Shown: positions 13,270 through 25,874, counted from the stretch's first letter. The stretch is DNA of 64,000 bases from Octopus vulgaris (GCA_951406725.2 OX597814.1:54684001-54748000), one strand, 5' to 3'. The notes: generated by a model not told the origin, from the letters alone. Numbers and translations: made by a program.

Positions 13270-13680
13270 ACACCCTAGAAGTAGTGTTGGCAATTCGATT
13301 AGGTGAAACTCCAAAGAAAAACTTTGAAATATACTGATTCAGAGTTCGATAGGCAGTACTTACGGGTAAGCTTAGTGATGTTCAATGTTCATTTGAATAT
13401 GATGGAAGGTTAAGCAGAAGTGAAGAAGCATATTTTATAGAGTGAAATGACGTAGGGACTAACATTTCAAGTGGAGTATTTCATTGAAGAAATAATGAAG
13501 TGGAGATGTACTTTAGCATAATCATCTGATATGTAATATGACAGCGAAAACATGGTGGTGTAAGACCAAGAAATAATGTCATAAACATCCACAGAATAAA
13601 AAGGGAAAATCATCATATGTCTAAAAAGTACTTCAACATGTCCAGCATTCCCATCATTCAATCCAGATGGCTATCATAAC
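13270..13680 (+). mobile_element. Possible very old RTE-type RT remnant
   Basis: Weak, broken similarity to RT motifs; many stops. Confidence 0.25.
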
Positions 13681-15746
13681 AAGAAGTTTGCCTTTTTTGA
13701 TGAGTTTTGTTTAACTAAACACAACTAAACGCTCAATTGAAATAATTCGTAGCTATTCGCTTAAATACAGTTGTCTGACGTGTATATTTTTATCATTTTG
13801 GTTCATCTCATTTACGACTGCTTCAATATGCCAACTAATACATTATGATACACCGCCACATTAAATAGGATCAAAGATAATTATCTAGTAAATATGTCAA
13901 AACTGTAATCTGAACGCCAGCTCTTAAATATCTGATATACAGCATAGGGATGCTTATTATGTAACTAGACAAAGTAAGATGAGACGTAGGGAAATGAATC
14001 AATGAGGAAGCTTCTACGAGACTGTCGTTCTACTAGAAAGAGCACTCAACTTTCTTTTAAACCCCGCCTTGCTGTTTTAAATAATAATAAAAAAAAACAG
14101 CAAAGTATTGAGCAATGTAGATGCTTATATACAAGAAGACAGAATCATCACAACTGGAATACATTTGATCACAGACCTACTCGATCAGGGTTGACCCAGA
14201 ATTAATCAAAAACAATAATAACTACAAGAAATAGAAATTAAGAATTTTGACACAAATCTAGAAACTGATTGCATTGGTAGCTCATTCTCTTATGACATAA
14301 ATTCCTGTTTTGTGACATATGATCTAAACTGTGTTATGTTGTAACAAATTCTTAGTCTATCACCAACGGCAAATGTGTTCTTAAGATGCAGTCATTAACT
14401 TTAAGCACAGAATTGAAATACTGAAAAAAGAAAAGGGTATGTGACACATCTAGTTTTACGTATGCATTAATATCTGATTACGTTGAAATTATTAAACAGG
14501 GTTATGATTAGTCATATTTACGATCTCTGAAATGTTTATTTGCTTTTCAAATATGAACTGCAGCTGCAAGACGTAACCTTATGTATTAATAGTATGCTTA
14601 ACACAACATAATTTACATATAATAAGACATTTATCATACACAAATCCCGTTTACTGAAGAAACAAATTTTTGTGTGTATAAATGTATTTATATATGTGGA
14701 CCTTTAAAAATTATGTAACCATACTGTTCCTTTAACAATATCATTCCCACTTTTATTTTTACTGTTTTGTGCAATTGTTTATATTAGCTTAAATAAATTT
14801 AGCAAGAGCTGATTGTAAATACTGATTACACACTTATATAAATTATGTTGATATGTTTTATATTTATTAAATAATAAATCATCTTACTCCTTAGACCATT
14901 GCAAAGTAATTTATAAGGGGTTTTGACAAACCACTTAAAACAATTGCTTATAGTTATTTCTTTTTGACTTTTACTAAGTTTCTTGTCATAAATAATCTGT
15001 AAATCTATGTAAAAAATTATTATCGACTCTTCTAGATCGAAGCTTCTAATCTATGTCATGAATTGCATCCAATGGCCCTTGCCAATAGCTACTATCAGTA
15101 ATATATATTGAGTTTTAATACTAACATCGCATTTTGAAGGAAGATGTGAAATTGTTCATGATGAGTATATACTATATTGATCTCCGAGGAATGAAAGTCA
15201 AAGTTACCCCTGATCTGATTTGAATTCAGAACGTAAAGAAGCGCAACGTAATCCCAGTAGTTATTAAATCTACCGTTTCAAAAACAAATATTCTAAACAT
15301 AATTTCTATGAGAAAATGGGCGAAAGGCGATAATGAGAATCTTTTAAAATTCTACGTTCTCGAGGGCTGGAAAATCCGTTAGGTTTGTAAAGCTGATATA
15401 GAATATCAAAATTTGGAGTTAAGGAAGATATTCTGAACAAAGAATTTGCGACTTATGATTGATGTGGGTTTTTCTATTAGTTTAAAACTAACGAGATGTT
15501 ACGAAGTGCTGAAGGTTGTTTTAGGTGTTTTCCTTTTAACACAACAGGAAACTTCATAACATCAGAATTGGGCCGGCTTTGAAAGTTATTATTGAGGAAG
15601 TTGGCATATTATTGAGGAACAGTGGATTGCCAGATGTCGAACAAAATGCTTTGCAGTATTTGTTGCGATTCCTTTCAGTTCTGTATTTAAGAGATGAGGA
15701 ATTATGTACATTATTTACATTTTTGTTCTCATCTTGTTTGTTGTTA

Positions 15747-15790
15747 ACACAACGTTTCGGCTGATATACCCTCCAGTCTTCTTCAGGTGT
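15747..15790 (-). ncRNA. Minimal type I hammerhead ribozyme motif in pLTR
   Basis: acac-CTGAAGA-a-gactg-gagggtatat-cagcc-GAAA-cg-TT-gtgt. Confidence 0.75.
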
Positions 15791-15830
15791 CTTGGGGGAA
15801 ATTTCGAACCTGGGTTCTCATTCTTCATAA

Positions 15831-16379
15831 TTGGAGTGTATACTATCCACTCCAATTATGAAGAAGAGAGAGGATGAGGCCAATAAACTGTCCACAGTCT
15901 GTCTACCCTATGTGAAAGGCCTTTCGGAAAAGATACAAAAGATATGCGGCCCATATGACATCAGGACAATATTCACGAGTAATACAACACTTCGCAAATA
16001 TCTCCTTCGAGTAAAACCACCAATAGAAGAGAATATGACCAAAGACTGCGTGTACTCCATCCCATGCAGCAGTAGTAGGTTATACAAAGGCGAAACATGC
16101 TGCCCCCTCAAAATAAGGGTAGACAAGCATCGCAAAGCTGTGACACAAGGAGATATTGATAAATTGGGTATAGCTGATCATGTACAGAAAAATGGAGACC
16201 ACATCCCCCTGTGGGATGAAGTTAAAATAATAGACAGAGAACACCACTGGAAAATACGAAAACAAAGAGAAGCAGCACATATGCTAGGACACAACAACCT
16301 CCTAAGCAGACCGAATGCAGATATGAGCAGCATATGCGAACCGGTATTAAGGAAGGATAGAAAAATATTAGATTTATAA
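15831..16379 (+). pseudogene. Penelope-type linker plus GIY-YIG endonuclease fragment
   Basis: LPYVKGLSEKIQKI, CVYSIPCSSSRLYKGET..LKIRVDKHR, IADH, WDEVKII, RKQREAAHM. Confidence 0.9.
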
Positions 16380-16514
16380 GCTCTAAAATTCACTCGATAA
16401 TTGCCCACGGGCATATAGCGTAGTGGTTAAGAGCGCGGGCTATTACTACTACTACTACTAATAACATCGAAAAATACCTCAGGAATGAGAACCCAGGTTT
16501 GAAATTTCCCCAAG

Positions 16515-16558
16515 ACACCTGAAGAAGGCTGGAGGGTATATCAGTAGAAACGTTGTGT
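16515..16558 (+). ncRNA. Minimal type I hammerhead ribozyme motif in pLTR
   Basis: acac-CTGAAGA-a-ggctg-gagggtatat-cagta-GAAA-cg-TT-gtgt; stem II base mutated. Confidence 0.7.
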
Positions 16559-16961
16559 TAACAACAAACAAGATGAGGACAAATACCTGTCGAATGTAAA
16601 TAATGCGATTCTTTTCGTTATGAATTCAAATCACGCTGAAATAAACTTTGCATCTCAATCTTCCGGAGTCCATATAAAAGAATACCAGTCAAATATTGGA
16701 ATCTAATCACTTTCATCTCACCAAATCTGTTGACCTTTTCCTAACTTTGAAAATATCGAGAGAGAGTTTCCTGATGGTATTCGCCAATGCATTTGCCGAA
16801 ACAGTGTTAAGTTTTATTCTTATATGTTCGGGCGTTCAGAATATCTGAAATAGCTTCGGGGTGAAGTATCCATTAACATTGAAGCTCAATTTGTTATATG
16901 CAACCAATTGTGGGTATATAAGAGAACCTCCATTAATTCTATGCATTCTGTACGTACACAC

Positions 16962-17036
16962 GTATGTATGTATGTATGTATGTATGTATGTATGTATGTA
17001 TGTATGTATGTATGTATGTATGTATGTATGTATGTA
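16962..17036. repeat. (TATG)n microsatellite
   Basis: Directly visible. Confidence 0.97.
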
Positions 17037-17491
17037 CGGCCCCTAACAAATGCAAAACTATACTCAATACATACGATACCAACAGTAAAAAATGCAGACG
17101 ACTTAATTGTGGTACATGCCCATACCTAACTGAAGGCTCGGAAACCACATTCCAGCAAGGAGAAAAATTCTCAATTAAGATCAACTTCACTTGTGCTTCC
17201 CAGAACCTTATCTATGTCCTAACCTGCTCAGTTTGTGGCCACAATTATGTGGGCCAAACGAGCCTTACTTTGAGACGCAGAGTCACGCTGCATAAAGAAC
17301 AGATTAGTTTTCCCCAATACAGGCAGATAGCCCTGAGAGAACATATTGACAGATGCGCAAGAGATAAAACGCCGAATTTCCGTGTCTTTCCACTATGCCA
17401 ATGCAAAGATTCAATCTCCTTACAAGAACGCCTAAACAAGGAAAACCTGTTCATACAAAAGTACAGACCACACCTTAATATACAAATTTGA
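17037..17491 (+). CDS. Zn-finger linker plus GIY-YIG endonuclease (uninterrupted)
   Basis: [53 protein letters not shown]. Confidence 0.85.
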
Positions 17492-17632
17492 CCACTTCAA
17501 AAATTATACTGAGGAATTAGTTATCCCCCTTGCCACCTGTTACCTCCCTTGGTCCACTCTCTAGACTCATCCCTCTTTTTCAAGCATACAAAATGATAAG
17601 AGCCCTTTGTCACAAGAATTGATTACTTCACA

Positions 17633-17678
17633 ATGTCCTTTGAAGAGCTAATTTAAATAGCGAAAACCAGTTGAATAT
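17633..17678 (+). ncRNA. Variant hammerhead-like motif
   Basis: atgtcc-TTTGAAGA-gcta-atttaaa-tagc-GAAA-accag-TT-gaatat. Confidence 0.55.
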
Positions 17679-17823
17679 CACTACATCCATAAAATAAGTA
17701 TACATTTTAAAAAAATTTCTTTATAAAAAGATACTAAACTATGTGAAACGAAGGCATTTCTCTTCCACTTTTATATAAAACTAAAGCAAAAAGGGCAAAC
17801 GTCAAACAAGAATGAATTATGTA

Positions 17824-19697
17824 TCTACCACATGTGTGGAAAATCGGTGTGCGTTTGTTTGTGATGTTGTTAGCTAACTCCTCCTACATCGTTTTATTGA
17901 TTTTGATGAAACTTGACACGTGAGTAGAACTCATGTCTGAAAACCTCGTGACATACTTAGATTGTTGAAAAAATTTGATAATACGGCCCCTGGAAGGGAT
18001 CTTTATATCTACCTCATATAGCTAATTTTTTTAACACCCAAGGATAATAACCCGTTGCACCTGCACAATATATTTTTTAAACACTCAACGGAAATAATCC
18101 ATAGCATCTGCACTTACAGTTGTTAGTTTTTAGTGAAGCGATCAATATTTCATTCTCACGATCAGCGGATCTAATTCTGCATTTCACTACTCAGTTTTCA
18201 ACTGCTAAACCTCATTATTGCACTTTCGTGATGCTTGTACACTTTCAATGCCCATAACACCGATAATTTTGCATTTTTCCAGTTAAAAGTTTTCGATGAC
18301 AGTACATAAACTTTTGATTTCAGAACGTATTTAATAAGTGTGTCCCAATACAAAGAACTTTGAATGCTTAAAATACTTAAAAAATGAAACCAAACTCCCA
18401 CACCACATTCAGTTGGGACACTCTGTATCACTTATACTTATTTTACAAATTATAACTTTTGTTGCTTATTTACAGTTCATACAACATTTTCATCAAACTA
18501 ATTGAGCCATCGAATATAGAAATATTTTACAGGTTTCATTGTTTATGTTCGATTACTTTGAATATTGATTCTTTATGTCTCCAATTTTTAATTTTTGCAG
18601 ACAATATCACTTTTATACTTTATTTGACACGCGAGTAGAACTCATGTCTGGAAACCTCATGACATACTTAGATTGTTGAAAAATCGATAATAGGGCCCCT
18701 CCAATGGATCCTTCTATCTACTACATATTACTAATATTTTATTTAAACAACCCAAGGGTAATAACCAATACCACCTGCAGTTTTTAGCGAAGCGATCAAT
18801 ATTTGATTCTCATGATCAGCCGACCAAATTCTACATTTCACTACTCAGATTTGAACTGCTAAGCATTATTATTGCACTTCCTTGATTTGAATCTTAAACC
18901 TTAAAGACTTCACTCATATATTTCTATACATACATACTTTTTTTAATGCCCATTACTCCGATGATTCTCCATTTTTACAGTTACACTTTTCTATGACAGT
19001 AAATAAATTTCTTATTCCACAACGTATTTTTAGTGGTTTCATGCAGGCATAGAGTGGATTCGATCCTCGATTACCAAATTTTACTTAACACTTCAACAGC
19101 GCGTTTCTCATGGTAAAACAATAGTTTTTCTGTGAATGACAGCAGTTATATATTTCCCAGATGCTTTCGCTAAGCAGAATAATGTCTATTCCACTTGACC
19201 ATTCTAACTTCTTCTAGGCCACCAGGGGCTGGAATGGAGATGACAGACCTCTAAGAAATCATTTTTCCTCAACAATATGTCTATCCATCTGGTCGCTTTT
19301 CGATAGTTATAAAAACAAGAACTCCGTAAGCTAAATGTAGTTACTGAGAGCAACCATCAATGAGTTTGAACGTTATTGTTGCACTTTCTTCATTTCATTC
19401 TTAAACATTAAAGACTTCATTCATATATTTATATACATATGTACTACATTTATATATTACCTTTAATAAATTAGCCTTCATAAAATCCGCCTTTAAAATG
19501 CCAAGACGAGTCAGAGTACTTTCTCGCCAACCTCCAACAATATCTCCCTCTTCCAGCTGACAGTTTTTTGTACTTTTTCGCGATGGAAAATACACTTTTT
19601 TGCGGCAGTTATAACGAAATTGCTTTATTATATCAGAGTAATAAGGCGTTTCAATAGAACATCTTTACCCCCGGGTATTACCAGGTACACCAGCTAG
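17824..19697 (+). mobile_element. Non-autonomous Helitron with internal tandem duplications
   Basis: a|TCtaccacatgtgtggaaaatcggtgtgcgtttgtttgt start; 3' hairpin cccgggtattaccagg then cagCTAG|t; 17913-18330 repeated at 18623-19030 and partly at 19373-19455. Confidence 0.82.
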
Positions 19698-20040
19698 TCT
19701 ATATCATATGTGTGCTTACGTGTGTTTTAGTTTCGAAAGATAATGAATCCATGATAAACATGAAACGGTTACGTGTAGGTTATATCCAGGTGACGCTTTC
19801 AAATGTCATACAATCTTATTTTCTTAAAAGATGTGTCAATTACAAATCTTTCATCAAAGCATTAATAACTTCTCATTTATACATCAAAAATACTTTTTAC
19901 TGAAGATATTATCCAATGTTTTGAGAATTACTAAATTATGTAATTACACACCTTTATAGTATCTGAAGAGGAAAGTATTCTGCTTACGCCAAATCGAAAA
20001 TATTCAACACATATTGGTTTTGATTGGTTACAAAGATATA

Positions 20041-20710
20041 CATGGTGTCCCAAAAGTCACTGATGGGTTTCAAGTTTTAATAACTTCCTTAAATATTCAA
20101 ATAAATGCATGAAAGTTTGATACAATATAAGGGACATAATGGAAGTTAATATGCACAAGTCAAATTTTGCAACACCATTACATCACATATGAAAAATGAC
20201 ATAGTTTAAATGGCAGCCATTTTCGGCTTCGTACGCCGGTGCTCTATCCAAAACTTAAACGATTACACCCTCAAGAGTTTCAGACCCTAGTTCTCTGATT
20301 TTTCTATTGATGTTCTCCTTCAGTTGCACCAGGGTTTCTGGTTTGTTGACGTAAACCCTGTCTTCACGTTCCCCAGACTTGACTAGCCCGGAGTTTTTCC
20401 TATGGGGATACCTGAAAGAGAAGGTTTACATCAACGAACTAGAGACCCTGGTGCAATTGAAGGAGAACATCAATAGAGAAATCAGTGAAGTGGGGTCTGA
20501 AACTCTTGAGGATGTTATGGTGCAAGTTTTGGAAAGAGTACCGGCACTTGAAGCCGAAAATGGCTGCCATTTAAGTGATGTCATTTTTCATATGTGATGC
20601 AGTGGGGTTGCAAAATTTGACTTGTGCATATTAATTTCCATTATATTGTATCAAAGTTTCATGCATTTATTTGCAAAGTTAAGGAAGTTATTAAAAATTG
20701 GAACACCCTG
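20041..20710. mobile_element. Palindromic Tc1/mariner derivative made of two inverted transposase 3' ends
   Basis: TA flanks; ca(t/g)ggtgt termini; 20072-20364 is the reverse complement of 20416-20700; RSPDLTSPEFFLWGYLKEKVY peptide in the centre and right arm. Confidence 0.92.
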
Positions 20711-23700
20711 TAGTATTTGAAGAGCGAGGACATAGAGCGTGTAGTGGTTCCATGCTTTTCTATCCGAAAACCGTTAGCGAAATGGGTTCTACCTAGACGC
20801 GTAACATTATGGCGATCTCAGTTTGAGGAACTTTACTAATTGCCTTACAGCTGCTGGGGCAATGTTAGCTAAATATTGAATTTACAGTATTTACCAAGCA
20901 AATAGATTAAGTAAACAGTTTCACTGATAAGCAGTTACCTCCATATAATTCATTTTCAAAATCAGGAATGACCTGTTTAACTCTAATAATCAGAAAAAAA
21001 TAACGTTATCTATGCTATAAATTAAACAACGCAATTGGTGATATTAACTCATGTAAAATCAACAGAAATTAATGAAAAATATTTTGGGAAAATCGTGACA
21101 CATATTTTAACAACAAAACCTAATAGGTAACTGATTATTTATATAGACAACAAAAATGTGGCTAGAATAATATTCGGCTTGCAATTAATTTGTCTACTGG
21201 ATAAATTACCACTAGACATAAAGAAAATAATCGAAAGCTAACTAGATGAATCTACTCTAAAGGAAAACGTACAGTGGTTTAAGATAAGGCTACAAGGTAA
21301 ATGATAATTTAGACATCATAAACATTGTTCTTGGCATCGTACAGTATAGTGGAAGCTAACATCTAAAGGCGAATGGTATTTACAGAGAAGAGCGGGGTAG
21401 TTTTGATATTTGCAGTATTTAATATTCAACGGTGGTTTTGTGGTAGAAACTGCAGCGTGCTGGAGTAAAATGCCTTTCCGTATATAGCTATGTCTAATCT
21501 ATGTCATGCGCTCAAATCTTGTCGGATTGACTCTGGCTTTCATTCCTCTCAAGGGATCAATAAAGTAGGAACTAGCTATGTATTGAGAGCAGTATTTGAT
21601 ATACATAGAAAAAGAGGGGATAAAAAGAAAGGAAAAGTGTGTGTGCCAAAATCCAAATATTTCCCGCCAAAACTTAGCATTTAGTAAAATAATACGTGTT
21701 CTACATGTCTCCACTACACGAAGTGCGGCTCTATTTAAATAGAGTTTATTTCAAACGAGGACATAATGAAGCTAATGATAGTCAATTAAAACTTTATTTG
21801 AAAGGTATATATTCTAATCTATTTTAATTCTAAAATATATTCGTATTATCTATAAAAATATTTATAGTTTGAATTTCAAACAAAAGAAAATGATTATTTC
21901 TAAAGCAATAGTTTTATATAAATTAACTACATGAGTAGACCAATCAAAAGACGAAATAATTCGCTTCACTAAGAAGTGGTCATTACAGTATAGCTTAAAT
22001 ATATTCTCGGGTCGTTATGTTTGCGAACTGATTTTCTTTTTGTACTAGAGTATTTCACGTGGAAGCATTAATTACTGCTGATAATATAATCTCACCCTAA
22101 CAATTCCTAATTAAGAAATCCATGTAATACAATATTCATGTTCTATATGATATATATGAATTCATCATCATTGTATAATACAGGAAATGATGTTCTATTG
22201 CATTAGAGTAATCTGATGAGCCAGCATTATTTAACTTTTTCATAATTTTCAGAACCAAATTCGTTTTTTATGTCTATTAAAGATGTGCACTGGATGTGGA
22301 TCAATCCTAATATTTTCCAGTGGAATCAATTGTAATTGTATCACAGCGTTTTCGTTTATTAAATAATTCACTGATCATTTTATTGAAATAAATATATAGA
22401 GACACAAATAAAACAAAACGAAATAGTCATTGCTGAGTGATTGAATAAAAGAAAGAGAGGAGAGAGATGAATGAGATCATCAAACTGAGACAATTCTAGA
22501 AAAAGCTGAGATATCTAATCAAAGATGTTTGAAGTATTCAAAGAATCTCGACTCCAGAACTCAGTTGTCACCTATACGTTGAATGTGATCGCATGATAAG
22601 ATAAAGCTTATCATACAAATACCTACACATTCTGGCCGATCAGATGATAGTATAGAATTGCTCAAATTGCCTTTATTCTTCATTTGTTTTCTACCACCAA
22701 GGAATGACACATGTCATTTTCAGGTGATAACCTAATTACGTAAATGTTTATTACAACGAGACACGTCGTCAAAATGAAATGATGTGAAACGGAATGCTAC
22801 TGGTGTTGGCACAGGTTAAACACCACTGACTGAATTTTTATAGCCGCACGTAAACATGAGTTATATATTACGTCGGAATTTAGCAGTTTTTATTTTATTG
22901 TTTACTTTTCCCTAACATAAAGGAGAAAGTAAATAAATTGTCTTTTCTTTTCATTTCTCTTTTGTGTAAGTTTATTTTGTGTGATGGTTGGTTATAAAAT
23001 CCAGTGTTGATACCAACTGATGGCTTTACACATTTCCTTATACTTTTGGAGATATTTTTTGTGGTGTTTTATTTTCTAGTGTTGTTAAAAGATAATATTC
23101 ATTATTGGGGCCGTATGCAAATGCCAAAGACATAATGGTAAGACCCGACCAGCAAAGATCGCGATCTATTTTCATTTCTGGTCTGCAATTATTTCACTTC
23201 CTTATATCATAAATGACTGTGTGGAAGGTATATACGTAAGAACTTTCAAAATTCGTCTCTCTTACAATAATGCTGCTCACTTCTATAATCATTATCACTG
23301 AAAGGAGAAACGACAGGGGTAAATATAGGAGTATCATGAAATATTTCTTGATGTTTACTTTATTGAATTATAGTTTTTATTTTCATTTTCTGAAAAAAGA
23401 AAAACAAAATTTTATTATAGAGTTTGAGGCCATCACCTCAAAAATTACAAATTCTGGAGTATCTTTTGAATTTAATTTATAAGAGTAAGACTACAAATTT
23501 GTTCTTGTTTTATGAAAATCGATTTATTTAATAATGTGAGAATTCATTTTGTAAATATTAAAACTCAGTTGTTTTCTACTTAGATAACCTTTGAACTCAA
23601 AAAAGAGAGAAATGGAGCTTAAAGGTTTGAAAATATAACTGAAGAATTTCGTTACTAGAGGTTTTTTTGATGCATTGCAGACGTTATTTTGTTTTCTTGA

Positions 23701-24699
23701 AGAATATCATATGAACTGTTTTACAATAAATATAAAGTGAATATCCATCTGATATCACTCTAGTTTAGTCCTGTCGAGCCGACCTATTAGTCTTGGCGGC
23801 GCAGTAGGATGCACGTCTGTCTCTCAATCTATTTGATGTTTTCTTAGGGACAACTAGTTCTCTTAGTAAAATTCAGTAAAAATAATAAATGGCGGCGAAA
23901 TAAACGAGAATAAATTAGATAATAAGTAATATATTTTTCTCTTATCGTAATTGGCCTTTACTATGAAAGCGGTTAGCTATTCTGTTATTGTTAGTCAGCT
24001 TAATCAAAGATTAGTATACAATTCGCACGGAATATATTACCTTAAGAAAATAACGGTAATATATAAAGGAATTGCTTTTACTGTGATAAAAACGAATTTC
24101 TTCTCAGAAATTTAATAGATGAATAATTATATTGTTAATGAGTGGGAGAGGATGGTCTTTGAAGAGTGAAAAGATGGAGTAGAGAAGGGGTAAGAAAGAA
24201 GCTATATCAAGGGAAATAAGTTAGTGATTAAGATCAGGAGATCGAGTTGAAGTAAAGAAAACAGTAAATAGCACACCCATCCATACACACACATTCCCAC
24301 ACAGATGTTGGATTTTATGCATGTATGGTATGAGAAAGAGGGGTTATGAAGTATAACAAACAGAAAGGATTTCTTTTAGATGCTGGCATAACATGTATGA
24401 TAATACAAAATGAACAATTTTAAATGGCAAAGTGTGTTGAGATTTACTTGAGCAAAGAAAAACATTGATATTTGAAAATAGTATAAATTTTAAAAGAAAT
24501 GGCTTCCTCTTGGAGCTATTTTTAGTTCACTAGTCATAATAAAGTCTGTAAAATATAATTTTATACGAAATCTTGTGTATCTGTACGAAAAAACAATTTT
24601 AAAGGAAGATAAATGTTTAAAGATATTAAAATATTAAAATCAAGTTAATTTAGAATGAATTATGATAACATATTTGCTGCTGTTATTATTTGGCCTTAG

Positions 24700-24912
24700 G
24701 AGGACCGCAAGCTGGCAGATGCATTAGCACGCTGGACAGAATGCTTAGCGGAACCTCGCCTCTCTTTACGCACTGAGTTCAAATCCCGCCGTGGACGACT
24801 TTGTCTTTCAACTTTTCGGGGTCGATAAGCTACGTATTGGAGTCGATCTAACTGACTTTAGCCCTCCACACGTCAAACTTCAGGCCTTGTACCAATAGTG
24901 GAAAAAATCATT
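24700..24912 (+). mobile_element. SINE family A
   Basis: gctggcagatgcattagcacgc..gagttcaaatcccgcc..ttttcggggtcgataa. Confidence 0.85.
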
Positions 24913-25654
24913 TTCCTCAAGTCAAACCTGATTGAAGCTTTTCAGTTGTACTGACTCCGGCTTATATTTTTAAAAAAATGTATTTATCTTAAACATTATT
25001 CAATGTGTCCTTCTTAAAAAAAACAGAAAGTGTAAAAAGAAGGTATAGTATAATTTAACTGAGATTAAATGAAAGGACTATGTGGTGTCTACATCGTGAG
25101 CTCATTATTTTATCCACTTCGGCACAAATTTTCTTTTGGTTAGTTGGATTTGTGTAGTTGATTCTACATCACTATCAATTATTTTATCATACCATAATGC
25201 TAATTATTTAACTTCCCTAGAGAAGAAATGAAAGGTAAAGTCAATAACAGTGCAACATGATACGGCAGACAATGCTGTTCACTCAGTAATTTATAATACA
25301 GGAGTGAAATTACAAACGGTAGAACGTAGTCATTTAGGGAAAGAGGAACACTTATATGCTCTCAACCCAGTCAATTTATTTGTATATAACTGATTCTTGC
25401 GTAGATATGAAGACCGAGATTAGTAAGGGGTAGAGAGATTATGCCTTTTAGCAGATTGATTATATAAAGAAGTTCTTTAAGACCAAACCAGGAAGATTAA
25501 TGATTACGACAGTGCCAGGCATGACATTCGTCCCGTTATATGTCTCTGTGTGTGTACATGTATGTATTTATGTATATATGTAAGCATGTATATACACACA
25601 AACACATATATATGCACATCCATCCATACATATATACATATATATATGTATATG

Positions 25655-25706
<52 letters not shown>

Positions 25707-25874
25707 AAAGTTGGTTTGTGAAAGCACGTGGGTGAATATATAGAAAATAGTAAAGAATGAAAAAACTACAGAAGGCTTAAATGTTAAAAAATATATATAT
25801 TTGCGTCAATATGTCTGAAGAATATTAGAAAATTAAAAAAAAAAATTTTTTTCTCTTATAATGACATAATTTAA

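Larger units (their letters stand above)
15684..16604 (+). mobile_element. Penelope-like element, 5'-truncated, with inverted pseudo-LTRs
   Basis: 15709-15823 is the reverse complement of 16483-16605; GIY-YIG ORF between; imperfect TSD gcgattc(c/t)tttc(a)gtt(c/a)tg at 15665-15683 and 16605-16622. Confidence 0.92.
15615..16760 (+). mobile_element. Old SINE family A copy split by a Penelope-like insertion
   Basis: SINE 5' half (aaaatgctttgcagtattt) ends at 15683; the rest (gaattcaaatcacgctga..tttgcatctcaatcttccggagtc) resumes at 16605. Confidence 0.65.
17037..17820 (+). mobile_element. Neptune-type Penelope-like element 3' fragment
   Basis: Cys-rich linker plus GIY-YIG ORF, followed by a 3' region with a hammerhead-like motif at 17633-17678. 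Confidence 0.88.

Noticed and set aside
22778-22835. C/D-box snoRNA-like ATGATGT...CTGA
   Set aside because: Imperfect C box, no terminal stem or recognisable guide; expected by chance in AT-rich DNA
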